Part shown: piece by piece, positions 27,501-38,060 of the stretch
How the letters are laid out: every line of letters begins with the position of its first letter
How positions within the stretch are numbered: position 1 is the first letter of the stretch
IMG/VR virus record: IMGVR_UViG_3300028805_002025
Span: 128,001 to 192,000 of that record
DNA: 64,000 nucleotides
Strand: one strand, 5' to 3'
Source of the DNA: a virus
Lineage: Duplodnaviria > Caudoviricetes
Notes under the pieces: generated by a model
The model's input: the letters and a program-made list of their open reading frames with translations, nothing else
The model's database searches: none
Told to the model about the DNA's origin: nothing
Position numbers and translations under genes: made by a program

Positions 27501-30500
27501 TAAGGTCAGTTGTAAGGCTTTTTACAACTGAAGAATCCTGGTTAAGGAGTGCCCTGTTTATTCCTGTTGCTTTAAAGGTTGACACATAGCAATTAGGGCT
27601 ACCGAACTTAAGTACATTCTTATCCTTATCGTTTCTTATTGTCAAGTATTTTGAAATGGTATTGTAATTCCTGTTGCTCCAGTCAAGGAAGTATCTGACA
27701 AGCTTTATCCTTGCTAACGGATTAAGACTATTCAAGAAAGGAGTCATCTTTATCTCAAATGCAGCTGAAACAGGCAATTTCTTCCTTATATTCTCAAAAA
27801 TCTTTCCATACTTGTGAGTAAACTGCAATCCTATACCGTTTGCAGATGAATGCGCTGCAAGTACAGCACCAATCTGTAATACTAGAAGCTTAGGCACATT
27901 ACAGAATGTCTTCTCAAGCCCGTCTTTATTGTAGAATATACTGCCTTCATAGTCGAAGCAGTCAATACCCATCAAGAAGAATGCTGTCTTAACGTTTGCT
28001 GGAGTGTATGTATGGGTACTTGCATTCCAGCCTCCAAGAAGATAGTAGTCATCTGTCAAGAACAATGAGTAGTTTTTATCAATTTCATATAGTTCATTAA
28101 CCTTCTTAAAACCGAATACCTCAGTTATAGTGCCGTTATTCACAGTACCATTTTCTATATCAAGATTAAAATAGCTCTCAAGCTCCTGGTCTCCACTAAG
28201 GTATGTAGTTCCATCTTCTGACTTTTCCCCAACATACAAAGGTTTTCCAGGCTCTATATTCTTGTCAGTTGTCACATTATCTCCACGATATGTCTCTGGC
28301 AATGTTGCATTGAATGATGATAGGAAGTCCTTTGATGTATTGAACATTTCCTTATATACGCTTGGGTTAATCGTAGAGGCACTTAGCAACGTTCCAGCTA
28401 TCTGCTTGTACGCATCTGAACCATTTGCAGCCGCATTCTCAAGTGTAGCCTTTATGTAGTTTGCACGACTTGAGATATACACAGTATTGAACATGTTTGA
28501 CTTTCTACTTTTCAAGAACTTTCCAAGTATAGCATCATGGTCTCTCAACCTACTTGCTGCTATATTGTTGTTTTCTACCTCAACTTGGTCTCCATCGAAT
28601 ACCTTCAATGTGTTATCCATGTTGTAGAAAGACATATTTTGTAATGGATACAGGAAAATCTTCTCTGCCTTATGTGATGTTGAATATCTCTCAAGCCAGA
28701 ACCCATTTGCCTCATTGAACAATGGCTGCTTACTACCTTCCTTATACCAAGGCATCTTCTCGTTTGGAGTTGATGTAACAATGTCAATAATCTTCTTACC
28801 AGTGTTTATTGCACCATTCTCTCCAATCTCTTTCATAAGGTTTACGTTTGTAATCCTAACGAGATTGTAGAAATTCTCAGCTTCAGTCTCTGCTATTTCC
28901 TTAATCTTAGATGTCCAGTTTGTGTTGTATTCCTTTCTGAATGAATTAATTGAAAGAATGTCAAACATCCTCATGCAGACCTTTCCAGCGAAAGCATATC
29001 TGTCGTTAGATATATCAGTCTCTGTTCCATAAGGGTTTGAATCAAGGAAGAAATCAAATGCTGCAAGAGGGAATTTGACAACACAAGTATCTTCTTCTCT
29101 CTCAGCAATATCCCTATTCTGCTCATTAACTGTTGCATTCATCTGGTCTTCCAGCTTTTTAATCATTGCAACGGCATTGAACAGACCGTTTATCATATCA
29201 ACCTCCTTAAATCCTATACCCTTGTTGAAGTTACCAACCCAGGCATCCTCTCTCTTGGTAATACCATCACTGTCTGTAATAAGTTTTGTCACACGTGGGA
29301 ATGGAGGAATATATTTAACATTTGAGTTAACGTCACAGCAATCACCGTCATCACCAACAGATATTCCAAGGTCGGTAGCCGTCCTCGTCTTAGTCTGTTC
29401 GATAACGTCATACATCATAGCCATAAGGGTCTCCAAGTGAGCCATCACAATCTTTGTGAAGTTCTCAATGCTAGGATACCACCCCATCTGAGCAAACATA
29501 TACCTGTTGTGCTCCTTTAATTTTTTCTCTCTTAACTTCCTGTCGTATGTCTTATTTGAGTCCTCTATGAGGGCATTAATTCTTCTCTTTACATCGCTGT
29601 AATCCACCTCAATTACGAATGCGTCGATATACTGGTGTACACCGTCGTCATATATTTTCCTAAGTCTCCTAGTTCTGTCCTTCTCATTGAATATCACCTT
29701 GATGGTTTCTTCTCTAGGAAGCACATTGTCACGATGGAATCCCTCAAATACAATCTCCTTCTTTCTGTCATTATACCACAGCTCATTGAAGGTCTTAACC
29801 TTTGTATACTGGCTGAAGTCCTTACTTACGTTTGTAAGCTTCCTGTAGGACTCACTTGATGAATTGTATTTCTCAATGGCATTATAAAGGTCTATATTCG
29901 TCTGTCTGAAGTCATTGTCGTACTGTAAGTACTCATCAGCAAGGTTGCCACCTGTAATATTCTTTCCGTTAGTGAGAATGACAATTCTCTCATATTCTTT
30001 ATCGTTGTTTTCTCCACCGAATACAAAGACAAAATCCTTTCCGTATTTCTTTGCTGCAAGTTCGTAAAGCTTTGAATACCAGCTCCTATAGAGTCTCTTG
30101 AGTTCATCCAACTGTCCTATTTCAAGTTCATGACCCATTTCCTCGTCATCAACAGTAGTAACCTGCTGGTCTGTATCTGACTGGTTCATGGCTGTTTTTA
30201 TAAACTGTCTAATCTCATAGAGCTTAGGCATATTCACCATGTCCTGTCCAGACTTGTCTGGTAGTCTGAATCTACCGTTGTTTACGTTGTCATTCCAATA
30301 TTTAGCTCCTATATAGTCTGAATAAGGTGCTGCAAGCAAGGCATCAAATGATATATCAGACATGAAAGAGTAGGCGAAGCCAATAAACTTCGCTGTAACG
30401 TCAAAGTCACCAGTCCTGGAGTTAAATGCAGCGTCAAAGTTCTGACACATAACCTCATACGAAACTGGTCTTCCATAGAATCCCTTTACATGAACGGTAA

Positions 30501-31059
30501 ACTTAGGAAGAGGCAAAACAAAGAATGCATGGAAGAATGACTGGGCGATATTACCCTGGTCAAATCCCCTAATTCCATTGAATGACTGGTTATTATTAAG
30601 CTCCGTTGGTTGGAACAATGACATACCCCTAACATCAGTGAACTTAATCGTGATGATAGGGACGCAGGCATTGTTGTACTCGATGTCAAGTGACTTAATA
30701 CCAATCATTTCAGTAGTACCATAGTCAACAAGGTCTGTAACGAACATATCGGCATACTTGCTGGTCAACATGTTAGGAGAACCTGCAACCTGCATCTTGC
30801 TTCCACTCATGAAGCTAACCCTGTCCTCTTCTCCGTTACCCTTGCTCCTATATGACATCATTATAACGGTGTTCTCCTTGGTATTCTCACGAACGGCATC
30901 CTCCCTGCTGGATAACTCAACCTCAATGTCGAGTGCTATACAGTAGTCTTCAAGGTTTGGTGCTCTGTCATAGAATCCATCACCAGCTATAACGCCTTTA
31001 TTAAAGGTATTAACGTCATTTGGTTCTACATACGCAACACTTGAATGGTGTTTTGGCAT
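24502..31059 (-). CDS. baseplate hub-like protein with tail lysozyme and C-terminal CHAP-like peptidoglycan hydrolase
   Basis: IGIKSLDI...ITIKFTDVRG and EMMGCAWIQPLMYF hub motifs; AAGIVGNMAVET...FNPQAIN...AGLCMW lysozyme; KCATYV...QPGDV...HACMY...WWSDF. Confidence 0.7.
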   Translation of the reverse strand: MPKHHSSVAYVEPNDVNTFNKGVIAGDGFYDRAPNLEDYCIALDIEVELSSREDAVRENTKENTVIMMSYRSKGNGEEDRVSFMSGSKMQVAGSPNMLTSKYADMFVTDLVDYGTTEMIGIKSLDIEYNNACVPIITIKFTDVRGMSLFQPTELNNNQSFNGIRGFDQGNIAQSFFHAFFVLPLPKFTVHVKGFYGRPVSYEVMCQNFDAAFNSRTGDFDVTAKFIGFAYSFMSDISFDALLAAPYSDYIGAKYWNDNVNNGRFRLPDKSGQDMVNMPKLYEIRQFIKTAMNQSDTDQQVTTVDDEEMGHELEIGQLDELKRLYRSWYSKLYELAAKKYGKDFVFVFGGENNDKEYERIVILTNGKNITGGNLADEYLQYDNDFRQTNIDLYNAIEKYNSSSESYRKLTNVSKDFSQYTKVKTFNELWYNDRKKEIVFEGFHRDNVLPREETIKVIFNEKDRTRRLRKIYDDGVHQYIDAFVIEVDYSDVKRRINALIEDSNKTYDRKLREKKLKEHNRYMFAQMGWYPSIENFTKIVMAHLETLMAMMYDVIEQTKTRTATDLGISVGDDGDCCDVNSNVKYIPPFPRVTKLITDSDGITKREDAWVGNFNKGIGFKEVDMINGLFNAVAMIKKLEDQMNATVNEQNRDIAEREEDTCVVKFPLAAFDFFLDSNPYGTETDISNDRYAFAGKVCMRMFDILSINSFRKEYNTNWTSKIKEIAETEAENFYNLVRITNVNLMKEIGENGAINTGKKIIDIVTSTPNEKMPWYKEGSKQPLFNEANGFWLERYSTSHKAEKIFLYPLQNMSFYNMDNTLKVFDGDQVEVENNNIAASRLRDHDAILGKFLKSRKSNMFNTVYISSRANYIKATLENAAANGSDAYKQIAGTLLSASTINPSVYKEMFNTSKDFLSSFNATLPETYRGDNVTTDKNIEPGKPLYVGEKSEDGTTYLSGDQELESYFNLDIENGTVNNGTITEVFGFKKVNELYEIDKNYSLFLTDDYYLLGGWNASTHTYTPANVKTAFFLMGIDCFDYEGSIFYNKDGLEKTFCNVPKLLVLQIGAVLAAHSSANGIGLQFTHKYGKIFENIRKKLPVSAAFEIKMTPFLNSLNPLARIKLVRYFLDWSNRNYNTISKYLTIRNDKDKNVLKFGSPNCYVSTFKATGINRALLNQDSSVVKSLTTDLMSPIMFVRGNVNASVDAGDGTSLSRAAFKLDKTQVEVYLDSFLTKLRELLNIGQPQEATNNATTIAKEPSQTTEDMKIELYRYLKQVFDKWIPTTDKREWNYETFFTESGGTSGETSESTGHLFHFIDSYYNKVGNKLLINPLKLADKIMLSMSYSDVNVMLFNFLAEVYAEHRCMMKCIQNFRDLSKGMEDLFHPIPYMKMGMPKKHPDFVVVYTYAASKSLNVSNSEFNDDGFMLNDELETPLAIRSRGSSDDESSESSTYYKIPAFGVSYGRQYQSYFKDVRVDMQNPIMTQQAIIAKHSILSASRNDQRKISTSQDLYDIYTNQSYTCRVEMMGCAWIQPLMYFVLLNIPMFRGSYMIMKVTHRMRPGDMTTEIVGCRMANVSNRLVENIFTDETDENTDDVNPSSNDSSSKADVNNDCPYKIFPVSEDEDGVTMSGSETENAYKLMKILMSCMPSGMSDSEKKIVAAGIVGNMAVETGPVKGVNPYRFNPQAINPNDKKYVAAGLCMWNDSYYTLHQMLDNDYQNYGHGNYTSHYVPSTVNTVKERLKDKSAEYQCNFVVKSLYNNTNVKEQKLWKKLSGATNPRDAAHIFCNGKSSKSQYAGYENPNPADAHLDDRMDWAEKVYNGYKEGGSTKSTSTDPKHNTKNFPELFFKAVQDSAWSSPSTSVNLDPTYKDGGLIMFKQKDGKRDKLGNVFDIILNGYYQYVQNLIWYYNNAPNEEPIAIVATVAENPKIANRSIFILKESDTQTSRTDIPNDPTQINEKFLRAIAKRYPDPVNNKILVKEVPQFRGKQEMLKDYVPGECPTCETSIDNTGTSSGVEPKKDSAGDLRIKDWNISATIRWFKSHAITNPPPYGNGKCATYVEDAIHAGGLPRMQCGGSGAATNLHYRGVLKKYGFNLEYSGTCTKNSRNTDFKVQPGDVSIIGWDVDKGEPGAYHACMYTGDGWWSDFNQGGKMSPYGNDWNSRKKKWNYPDSKGYKLPYFIYRYTGNKA

Positions 31060-31069
31060 ATATTTTTAC

Positions 31070-31387
31070 TTAATTTAATCCGTATAATTTATCGTATTTC
31101 TCGATTTCATCCTCATAGCCCTGTATGGCTACATCAAGAGGGTATGGTATCCTCAGCTTCGCATTGTCGTCTATCATAAACTCCAAAGACCCTTGCTCTG
31201 GATTAGCCTGTAGTATTAGCCATCCATAGTTAGGGTCGTTGTAGTACTGGTAAGACAGAAGGTCTAGCCTTGTCTTACCAGCTTCATAGAATACGAAACA
31301 GTCCGTAGACCTCTTAGGTATGGTTATGAACGGTATGTTCTTATAAGCACCGTCCACTATAAACGAATTGTATCTACTGTGATTCAT
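31070..31387 (-). CDS. baseplate wedge protein, gp53/LysM-like
   Basis: RLDLLSYQYYNDPNYGWLILQANP...LRIP. Confidence 0.75.
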   Translation of the reverse strand: MNHSRYNSFIVDGAYKNIPFITIPKRSTDCFVFYEAGKTRLDLLSYQYYNDPNYGWLILQANPEQGSLEFMIDDNAKLRIPYPLDVAIQGYEDEIEKYDKLYGLN

Positions 31388-31399
31388 AATGAATTAATT

Positions 31400-34300
31400 T
31401 TAAAAGTCTTCAAGTCCAACACCGTCTCTATCGATGTCTTCGTTAACCTGGTCTCCGACAATACCAGTTCTCTTCCTAACTCCATAAGGATTTGGATATG
31501 TGAACGGCTTGTATTTAACCTCTCTACCGTCACCGTTGTCACTGTATAAGACTCTCTCAGCACGGTTGTCATATACACTGGCATTAGCGTAGTAGTTGAA
31601 CGAAACAGCATTCTGAAGCCTTGAGATAGGTCCTGCCAAATCGCTTCCTCCAAGGAATGTGAATGACATGCTCACCTTTGCGAACATAGGCATCACGCCT
31701 ATTCCCTCTGGGTTCAAATCCCACTGTGCATTCTCATACTGTATGTTGATGCTGTTTATGATAATCTTCGTATAATAGAAGTCACCAAGTCTCAATACAC
31801 ATACTGGTGGTCTACCGAACGCTAAGTTATATGCTGTTTTAGCATGATAGTCGCTGTTACCAATGGTAGGTCCTTGTCTGGTACACTGCTGCAAGAATGT
31901 GAGTCTTGCATTGAATCCCTCTGGGGATATTGAGTGGAATGCTGGGTCGAAGTATTTAATCTTCTCTGTTATCAAGTGATGCATGAATGGTGCATTTCTC
32001 TCAAGTAACTCGAAGAACTCACCCTCATTGTCATATCTTTTAACAGTACTATTACCAATGGTGACATTCTCCATTTCCTTATCCTGGAGATATGAGTTGT
32101 CATAATTCAAGGCGTACTTGTTGAAGAAGTCTTTTCCTCCTGTAAGAACACTAGCCATTTCCATATTGAAATTGTTAGGGTCAATAGGTACATGAACATC
32201 AATTGGTGTTATACTTCCATCCTTGTTTCTTATGTATTCCCTCTTCGTATATCCTTTCTCTCTAACCTTCCTACCTTCCTCAGTATATAGAAGCCAATCT
32301 CTTGCATTATTCACAGCACCAGATGAAACCTCCTTTGACTGGTTGATAGAACCAACGGTATTAACCTGGTCAAGATATCCCTTTCCGTCGTCTGACATCA
32401 CTGGATTTCCATTTGCATCAGTCTGTGCTGCTGTATCCTTCTGCTGTGCTGGGTCTGTCGCAGTTTCTTCATACTCAACAACCATTGAAGCACTTCTCCA
32501 AAGCTTTGTTATTGGGTCGTTTACGTCGTTCTTGTTGCCACTGCTCTGAACACCATTCTTGAACTCTATTGTCGCAGTTTCAAGACCTGGGAAGTTGTTT
32601 TTCTCAAGCCATTTCTTGAATGTCAACGCTCTGTTCTTTGCAAGCTTATTGTTTCTGGTTGCATTGACCTGTGCAGATACATTGTTACCCTGTACAGAAG
32701 CGTGTCCGTAGAAAGTAATCTTTGTTATCTTACAATTTCCTTCCTTGTCAATGATATTCTTGATTATCTCAACGTTCTTCTCATCATACAGACCGCTAAG
32801 AAGGGCTTCTGACTTACCGCCACCCTCAAGTGCCATGTACATATCCGTCAAGCTAACAAGGGTCTTGTTATCACCTTCAATTGAAATACCAAATTCAGAC
32901 TTCAATTTATCTGTCCTTGAGTCATATCCAACACTATTATACTGATAACTTGCAGTATCAAGATAGTTTATCTGTCCAGATTTACTGTCCTTAAGTGTAA
33001 GCTTCTGATTTTCAGTGTCTTTATCTACTCTATAGTACCAACGTTTCCTGTACCATTCGTATGGAGATTTCTTAGTGTATCTGGCTTGGTTAGCATATCC
33101 CATTGGTGCTGCCTCACTACCTATCTGTTTTGCAAGAAAAGGCTTTTCAGTTCCATATTTTCCTTTTAAATAATCATCTGTTTCACCATCAGTAGAGCTA
33201 CTAGCATATCTTACATGTATTTTATTTGCATTTTCATCAGTTAAATACTGACCTTTCTTTTGCGGAGAATTTGGGTCGGCATATGTTTCTACTATTTTTG
33301 AATATTCTGAACTTAATACTTTATCAAAAACTGAAATTCCTTCGTTTTTTCTCATTTCGTATCCACCGCCAGTGATACCAGAAAGTCTATATTCCATACT
33401 AACAGCGAAATCTTCAGAGTAATAAGTATTTTCGTTTATACGCTTCTGTGTACCTATACCATTCAAAAGGTAGTGTATGGCATTAACCGTAGGGTTAGAG
33501 CCATTTGGTGTATCATCCACACCACTGTAGTTGTTTGGATAGTAAACCAAACAATACAGCACCTTTTTCTCTGGTTTTGCCTCCTCTGGTTCTGTTGGGT
33601 TTGGTTCTGGTGCTTGTGGTGGCTTATTGTTTGGCATTTCCTGTACAACCGCTGGAGTTTTACTTCTAGTCCAATACTCCTGTGGTTTTGCGGACAATAC
33701 TTCACAGCCTGCGAAGAATCTAAGAAGTGTATTCTCCTGGTTATTTATGTTATCAACACCACCATTATTTCCATAATCAAGATGTACACCCTGGTTTTCC
33801 ATTCCGTTTCTTTCACTACCAGTCCAATAGTCAAGTATTGAAGGATGGTCGATAAGAAGTGTGAATGACAAGTTACCAGTTCTCTCAGTATTGGTATATG
33901 TGTATATATTCTCTCCTCTTCCAATAAACTCGTTTGAATTCCACTTAACCTTTACGTCTTCGTTAAATGTAAGGTCGTAAGGTGGAAACCACATGATACG
34001 TCCACCAAGAGGACCTTTCTGTTCTGCTGACAGACCATAGGCATCAAATTCGTCTGGTTTGTTCTTCTCATCACGCCATGCAAGGTTCTCGATGGAGAAC
34101 ATACATTTCTTCGTAGAGATTGAACGTCTTTCCTTATCGTCTGCCTTATGTTCGAAATAGTCCTTGATTTTGGCTGTAGGAGCAATGTTGACAAATCCGT
34201 TCTCATAGTTGAGGACACCATATCTGTCAAGCCTCTTGCTACCTCCTTCAAAACCATAGTTTTTACTGGATATTGTTCTAAAGCCACCTTTATCAACACC

Positions 34301-35128
34301 ACCAAATTCAGCCATCTCAAGTCCTTCCTCTGTTGTCACAAGTCCGAATGGTCTTATAACCCTTTCCATAGAGTTATACTGGTGATGGTAAGTCCATACA
34401 CGGCAGTATGGGTTGTTGTAACCATTTGGTTCATCTGGTTTAATCTTCAGAAGGTTTCTACCGTGAGACATACCATACTTCTTTGTATTGGCTGTCTGTG
34501 TAGGGTCGTTCTGTGACTTCGAATCCTCATGGTTAGTGTGGAATCTGGCTATAAGTGTCCTGTACTGTCCTGCCTTGAAACTTTCATTGGTTTTCCTAAT
34601 CAAGTCACAGGACATCAAGTTTTCAAAACTCTTTACAATCTGGTTACTTGCTGTACCAAGATTACCATCTGCATTGATAATTTGCTTGTTGTTTACCTCA
34701 TTATCGTTAGACTCAGCATAGAATATACCAGTATAATCATTTTTCGTATCCTGGAGCTTAAAGTCTGGCATCCACCTGTCAAGAAGGTCTTTAGGGTCGA
34801 AGTAAGGGTCTGCAAACTTAACAGTAGGTCTTTCCTTGTAGAAGGTAAACTTAGGACATCCATAGTTACCCCCTCCATACATCATGCTTGCAACACTGTA
34901 GCCCTGCTGGTAATTTCTTCTAACGTGGTCAAAGATGAACACGTAGTCTTTACCAAGCAAGCTTATAGGCTCACGTCCAAGAGACTGTATAATATACATC
35001 AAGTCCTCATACGAGTCATTCATTCCAATAGTCCTTGATATGAAGTCGTTATTGGATAGAATATCGGAAACACCGTTCTTTACAGCATTTCCGATTGACT
35101 TGAAATAGTTTGAAACACTACTAGCCAT
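31400..35128 (-). CDS. baseplate / tail-tube initiator-like protein with OmpA-like insert
   Basis: FNEDVKVKWNSNEFIGRGENIYTYTNTER and PPVCVLRLGDFY motifs; GHAS...NNKLAKNRA; directly after tape measure. Confidence 0.65.
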   Translation of the reverse strand: MASSVSNYFKSIGNAVKNGVSDILSNNDFISRTIGMNDSYEDLMYIIQSLGREPISLLGKDYVFIFDHVRRNYQQGYSVASMMYGGGNYGCPKFTFYKERPTVKFADPYFDPKDLLDRWMPDFKLQDTKNDYTGIFYAESNDNEVNNKQIINADGNLGTASNQIVKSFENLMSCDLIRKTNESFKAGQYRTLIARFHTNHEDSKSQNDPTQTANTKKYGMSHGRNLLKIKPDEPNGYNNPYCRVWTYHHQYNSMERVIRPFGLVTTEEGLEMAEFGGVDKGGFRTISSKNYGFEGGSKRLDRYGVLNYENGFVNIAPTAKIKDYFEHKADDKERRSISTKKCMFSIENLAWRDEKNKPDEFDAYGLSAEQKGPLGGRIMWFPPYDLTFNEDVKVKWNSNEFIGRGENIYTYTNTERTGNLSFTLLIDHPSILDYWTGSERNGMENQGVHLDYGNNGGVDNINNQENTLLRFFAGCEVLSAKPQEYWTRSKTPAVVQEMPNNKPPQAPEPNPTEPEEAKPEKKVLYCLVYYPNNYSGVDDTPNGSNPTVNAIHYLLNGIGTQKRINENTYYSEDFAVSMEYRLSGITGGGYEMRKNEGISVFDKVLSSEYSKIVETYADPNSPQKKGQYLTDENANKIHVRYASSSTDGETDDYLKGKYGTEKPFLAKQIGSEAAPMGYANQARYTKKSPYEWYRKRWYYRVDKDTENQKLTLKDSKSGQINYLDTASYQYNSVGYDSRTDKLKSEFGISIEGDNKTLVSLTDMYMALEGGGKSEALLSGLYDEKNVEIIKNIIDKEGNCKITKITFYGHASVQGNNVSAQVNATRNNKLAKNRALTFKKWLEKNNFPGLETATIEFKNGVQSSGNKNDVNDPITKLWRSASMVVEYEETATDPAQQKDTAAQTDANGNPVMSDDGKGYLDQVNTVGSINQSKEVSSGAVNNARDWLLYTEEGRKVREKGYTKREYIRNKDGSITPIDVHVPIDPNNFNMEMASVLTGGKDFFNKYALNYDNSYLQDKEMENVTIGNSTVKRYDNEGEFFELLERNAPFMHHLITEKIKYFDPAFHSISPEGFNARLTFLQQCTRQGPTIGNSDYHAKTAYNLAFGRPPVCVLRLGDFYYTKIIINSINIQYENAQWDLNPEGIGVMPMFAKVSMSFTFLGGSDLAGPISRLQNAVSFNYYANASVYDNRAERVLYSDNGDGREVKYKPFTYPNPYGVRKRTGIVGDQVNEDIDRDGVGLEDF

Positions 35129-35167
35129 GTATAAAATATAATTTATTTTTGTCTTATTTAAAGATTA

Positions 35168-38005
35168 TTATGAGGTTAATCTTCCCATTGTTGTTGACTG
35201 TGATGGCATACCACGCATATATGCTGTATCCATCATGATTCTACCACCATTAATATCAGATGCCATAGACTCTCTGATTACATCCTTGAGTGCTGATACA
35301 AACGATACGTCACTAAGTAGACTCCTTACATCGATGTTCTGTGAGCTATTGCCTCCGTCAAGCTTAATTGTACCGCTTATGTTTACATTGAAGTCCTTTA
35401 TTTTAACCTCGCCATTAATTCCAGTTGACTGATTATTAGATGGTACATATATGTCTTCCTTGCCTCCTACTGGTCTAGCAACCATTTCTGTTGGTACTGG
35501 TTGTGACTTGTTGTTAGCAACTACCACAGGGTTTGTATTAACGGTATTAGGTGATGCAAAGTAATTACTTACAATGCTGCTCTGTGTGTTACTCCTTTCA
35601 CGTATGACAGAACTTCCACCGTTAGTGTTAGGTGAAGCAAGGTATGTGGTCATTCCAAGAGCACCCTTCAAATCTTGAACGGCTGATAAGAAGTCCCACT
35701 GTCCCTTTACTGGAACAACAGCTTCTCCACTGTTAGTGTTAGGTGATGCAAAGTAATTGTTTATGATACTATTCTGTGTATTACTTCTTTCACGTATGAC
35801 AGAGCTTCCACCATTAGCATTTGGTGAAGCAAGGTATGTGGTCATTCCAAGAGCACCCTTCAAATCTTGAACGGCTGATAAGAAGTCCCACTGTCCCTTT
35901 ACTGGAACAACAGCTTCTCCACTGTCTAATGCAGTTTTAACCTTGTCACCGATAAGGCTTCTACCTCCAACATATCCTCCGATTGCATGTGGTTCTTCGT
36001 CAAGTGTTGCCTTACTACCCTGTATGCTCTCAGCAGCAGCTCTAGCACCCTTTCCTGCAAAGTATCCTGCTATACCACCGCCAAGTGCAGCACCAATAGC
36101 AGTACCAACACCAGGGGCGATTGCAGTACCTATAGCACCACCAATCCAAGCACCAAGGCTTCCTCCACCAATTGCGCCCCCAGCAGATGCAAGGTCATTG
36201 TTTCTGCCCTTTTCGAGCTTTTCGATTTCAGCCTTCTTCTGTGCCTCTGTCTTTGTCTTGTCTTCCTCAACAGCCGATTTCTTAGATGAGAAGTCAAACA
36301 GTGTAGAACCGATATCCAATGCAGCTAGTGCTGTTCCTATACCAGCAACACCCTTCAGACCTCCTCTGAATCCACGTGAATTTCTCCAAAGCGTCTTGAG
36401 ACCTCTGAAACCCTTGGTAAGTCCATTCTTACCTCTCATACTGAGCTTAGCATCGTTCTTAGCCTGCTTCCATGTACGGTTCTTATACTTACTCTTACCT
36501 GCGGCTGCGGCACTGCTAGCACCACCTCCTCCACCAGCTCCGAATAAGGCTCTAAGACCCTTAAGGATTGGATTGAAGAACATAGCACCAAGAAGAATTC
36601 CCCAGTTTTGTGTCAAGAATTTTGTAACCCATGCTGCAAAGTTAATGAAGCCCTTAACAAACTCCATAACCTTACTTACATTCTCTGGCTTCAAGGCAGT
36701 TGTCATCAACTTCTCGAAGTTAGAAGCAATTGCTGGGGCATGAGCCATCAACGTTCTACCCATTTCACCAATGAAGTTCTGTATTTCTGGAAGGTGTCTT
36801 GTTACAGCCTCTGCTATATGTCCAGAGAATGCTGTCTTGATACCTTCTATCTGCTCATTGATTGAAATAAGGGTCGTAGCTTGCTTCTCCATCAACTGTC
36901 TGTCATCCATATTGTTGAACTGTTCGAGTTCCTTCAACAGCTCTGGAGGAATCTGACCGCCAGATATATCTCTTGCTTGACCATTCATATCGTTTATCAT
37001 GAGTTTTCCGTCCTTAACATAGGACTTGTTCATGATAAGGTCACGCTGGTCTTCGTTAAGATTTCCGAATCTGTTTCCAAACTTAGATTCCTTATACTTC
37101 ATTTCAGCCTGCTTCTTAGCGATTCTGGTAGCTTCTCCTGGGTCAAGTCCCATTGCATCAGCAATTCCTCTTATGAAGTCCATGCTCATACCATTAACCT
37201 TAGCCATACCAGTTTTTGCATCAAACTGAGCATATCCACCAAGTGTTTTGGTCATTCTCTCAGTTAATGCTTCTGGGTCATAGTTAGCCTCGTATGACAT
37301 GTCAAGTGCATTTCCACCGAAAGCACCAGCAGCACCACCCAGCATAGATAACTTAGCTGAACTTTCTATAGCCTTACTCAAATCAAGGAAATTTCCAGCT
37401 ACTTTATCAATCGACTGTAAATTAAATCCAAGCTTCTCTGATAATGCTGTCATCTTGGTAATACCATCAACACCGTTCTTAAATGACAGCTTGTTTGCCA
37501 TTGAAAGGTTCTGAGCTACTTTCTCACTAAATTTCTGAGCGTTCAGACCTCTCTTTGCAGCAGTAGCATAGGCTTTGGAAACAGCACCTTCGACAGTTTC
37601 CAACTGTCCACCCATGCCCTGCATGATTTCCTCAGTAAACCTGTTGGCTGTTTCAGGTCCAACAAGCTTATTGATTTGTATCATTCTCTCAGCATCTGCA
37701 TCAGTAAGAATCATTGCCCTACCGCTTGCACGTGCGAGATTCTTCTCTAGTTCCTTAACTGCCTCTGATGCAATACCATACTTCTCACCAAGGTTCTTTG
37801 CCCTCGTGGTAAGAACCTCCGTATAAGCCTGTGCTTGCTTTGCAGACATACCGACTTCCCTAGAGAAAGCGATAGCTTCCTGGTGGTACTGTAAAGCCAT
37901 CTTAGCACCAGCAACAAATATGTTGGATACTAATTTAAGACCACCTGCTATACCTCCTCCAAGAAGGCTCATTATCTGACCAAGTATACCTATTATAGCG
38001 TGCAT
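35168..38005 (-). CDS. tail tape measure protein
   Basis: long Ala/Gly-rich helical protein, GAAIG-type glycine-zipper segment, HAIGGYVGG...GD...GEAVVP motif, position before baseplate genes. Confidence 0.8.
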   Translation of the reverse strand: MHAIIGILGQIMSLLGGGIAGGLKLVSNIFVAGAKMALQYHQEAIAFSREVGMSAKQAQAYTEVLTTRAKNLGEKYGIASEAVKELEKNLARASGRAMILTDADAERMIQINKLVGPETANRFTEEIMQGMGGQLETVEGAVSKAYATAAKRGLNAQKFSEKVAQNLSMANKLSFKNGVDGITKMTALSEKLGFNLQSIDKVAGNFLDLSKAIESSAKLSMLGGAAGAFGGNALDMSYEANYDPEALTERMTKTLGGYAQFDAKTGMAKVNGMSMDFIRGIADAMGLDPGEATRIAKKQAEMKYKESKFGNRFGNLNEDQRDLIMNKSYVKDGKLMINDMNGQARDISGGQIPPELLKELEQFNNMDDRQLMEKQATTLISINEQIEGIKTAFSGHIAEAVTRHLPEIQNFIGEMGRTLMAHAPAIASNFEKLMTTALKPENVSKVMEFVKGFINFAAWVTKFLTQNWGILLGAMFFNPILKGLRALFGAGGGGGASSAAAAGKSKYKNRTWKQAKNDAKLSMRGKNGLTKGFRGLKTLWRNSRGFRGGLKGVAGIGTALAALDIGSTLFDFSSKKSAVEEDKTKTEAQKKAEIEKLEKGRNNDLASAGGAIGGGSLGAWIGGAIGTAIAPGVGTAIGAALGGGIAGYFAGKGARAAAESIQGSKATLDEEPHAIGGYVGGRSLIGDKVKTALDSGEAVVPVKGQWDFLSAVQDLKGALGMTTYLASPNANGGSSVIRERSNTQNSIINNYFASPNTNSGEAVVPVKGQWDFLSAVQDLKGALGMTTYLASPNTNGGSSVIRERSNTQSSIVSNYFASPNTVNTNPVVVANNKSQPVPTEMVARPVGGKEDIYVPSNNQSTGINGEVKIKDFNVNISGTIKLDGGNSSQNIDVRSLLSDVSFVSALKDVIRESMASDINGGRIMMDTAYMRGMPSQSTTMGRLTS
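35542..35925 (-). repeat. 192-bp (64-codon) tandem duplication in tape measure gene
   Basis: 35542-35733 versus 35734-35925; 103 nt identical, remainder diverged. Confidence 0.95.
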
Positions 38006-38022
38006 ATTACATCAAATTTTTA

Positions 38023-38030
38023 TATAAATA
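38023..38030 (-). promoter_or_regulatory. putative late promoter TATTTATA
   Basis: about 18 nt before tape measure ATG. Confidence 0.6.
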
Positions 38031-38060
38031 GATGCTTTTATAATTTTTTAACACTAATAA

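Noticed and set aside
35542-35925. Diversity-generating retroelement template/variable repeat pair
   Set aside because: Copies are tandem and in frame, differences are not adenine-specific, and no reverse transcriptase is present.
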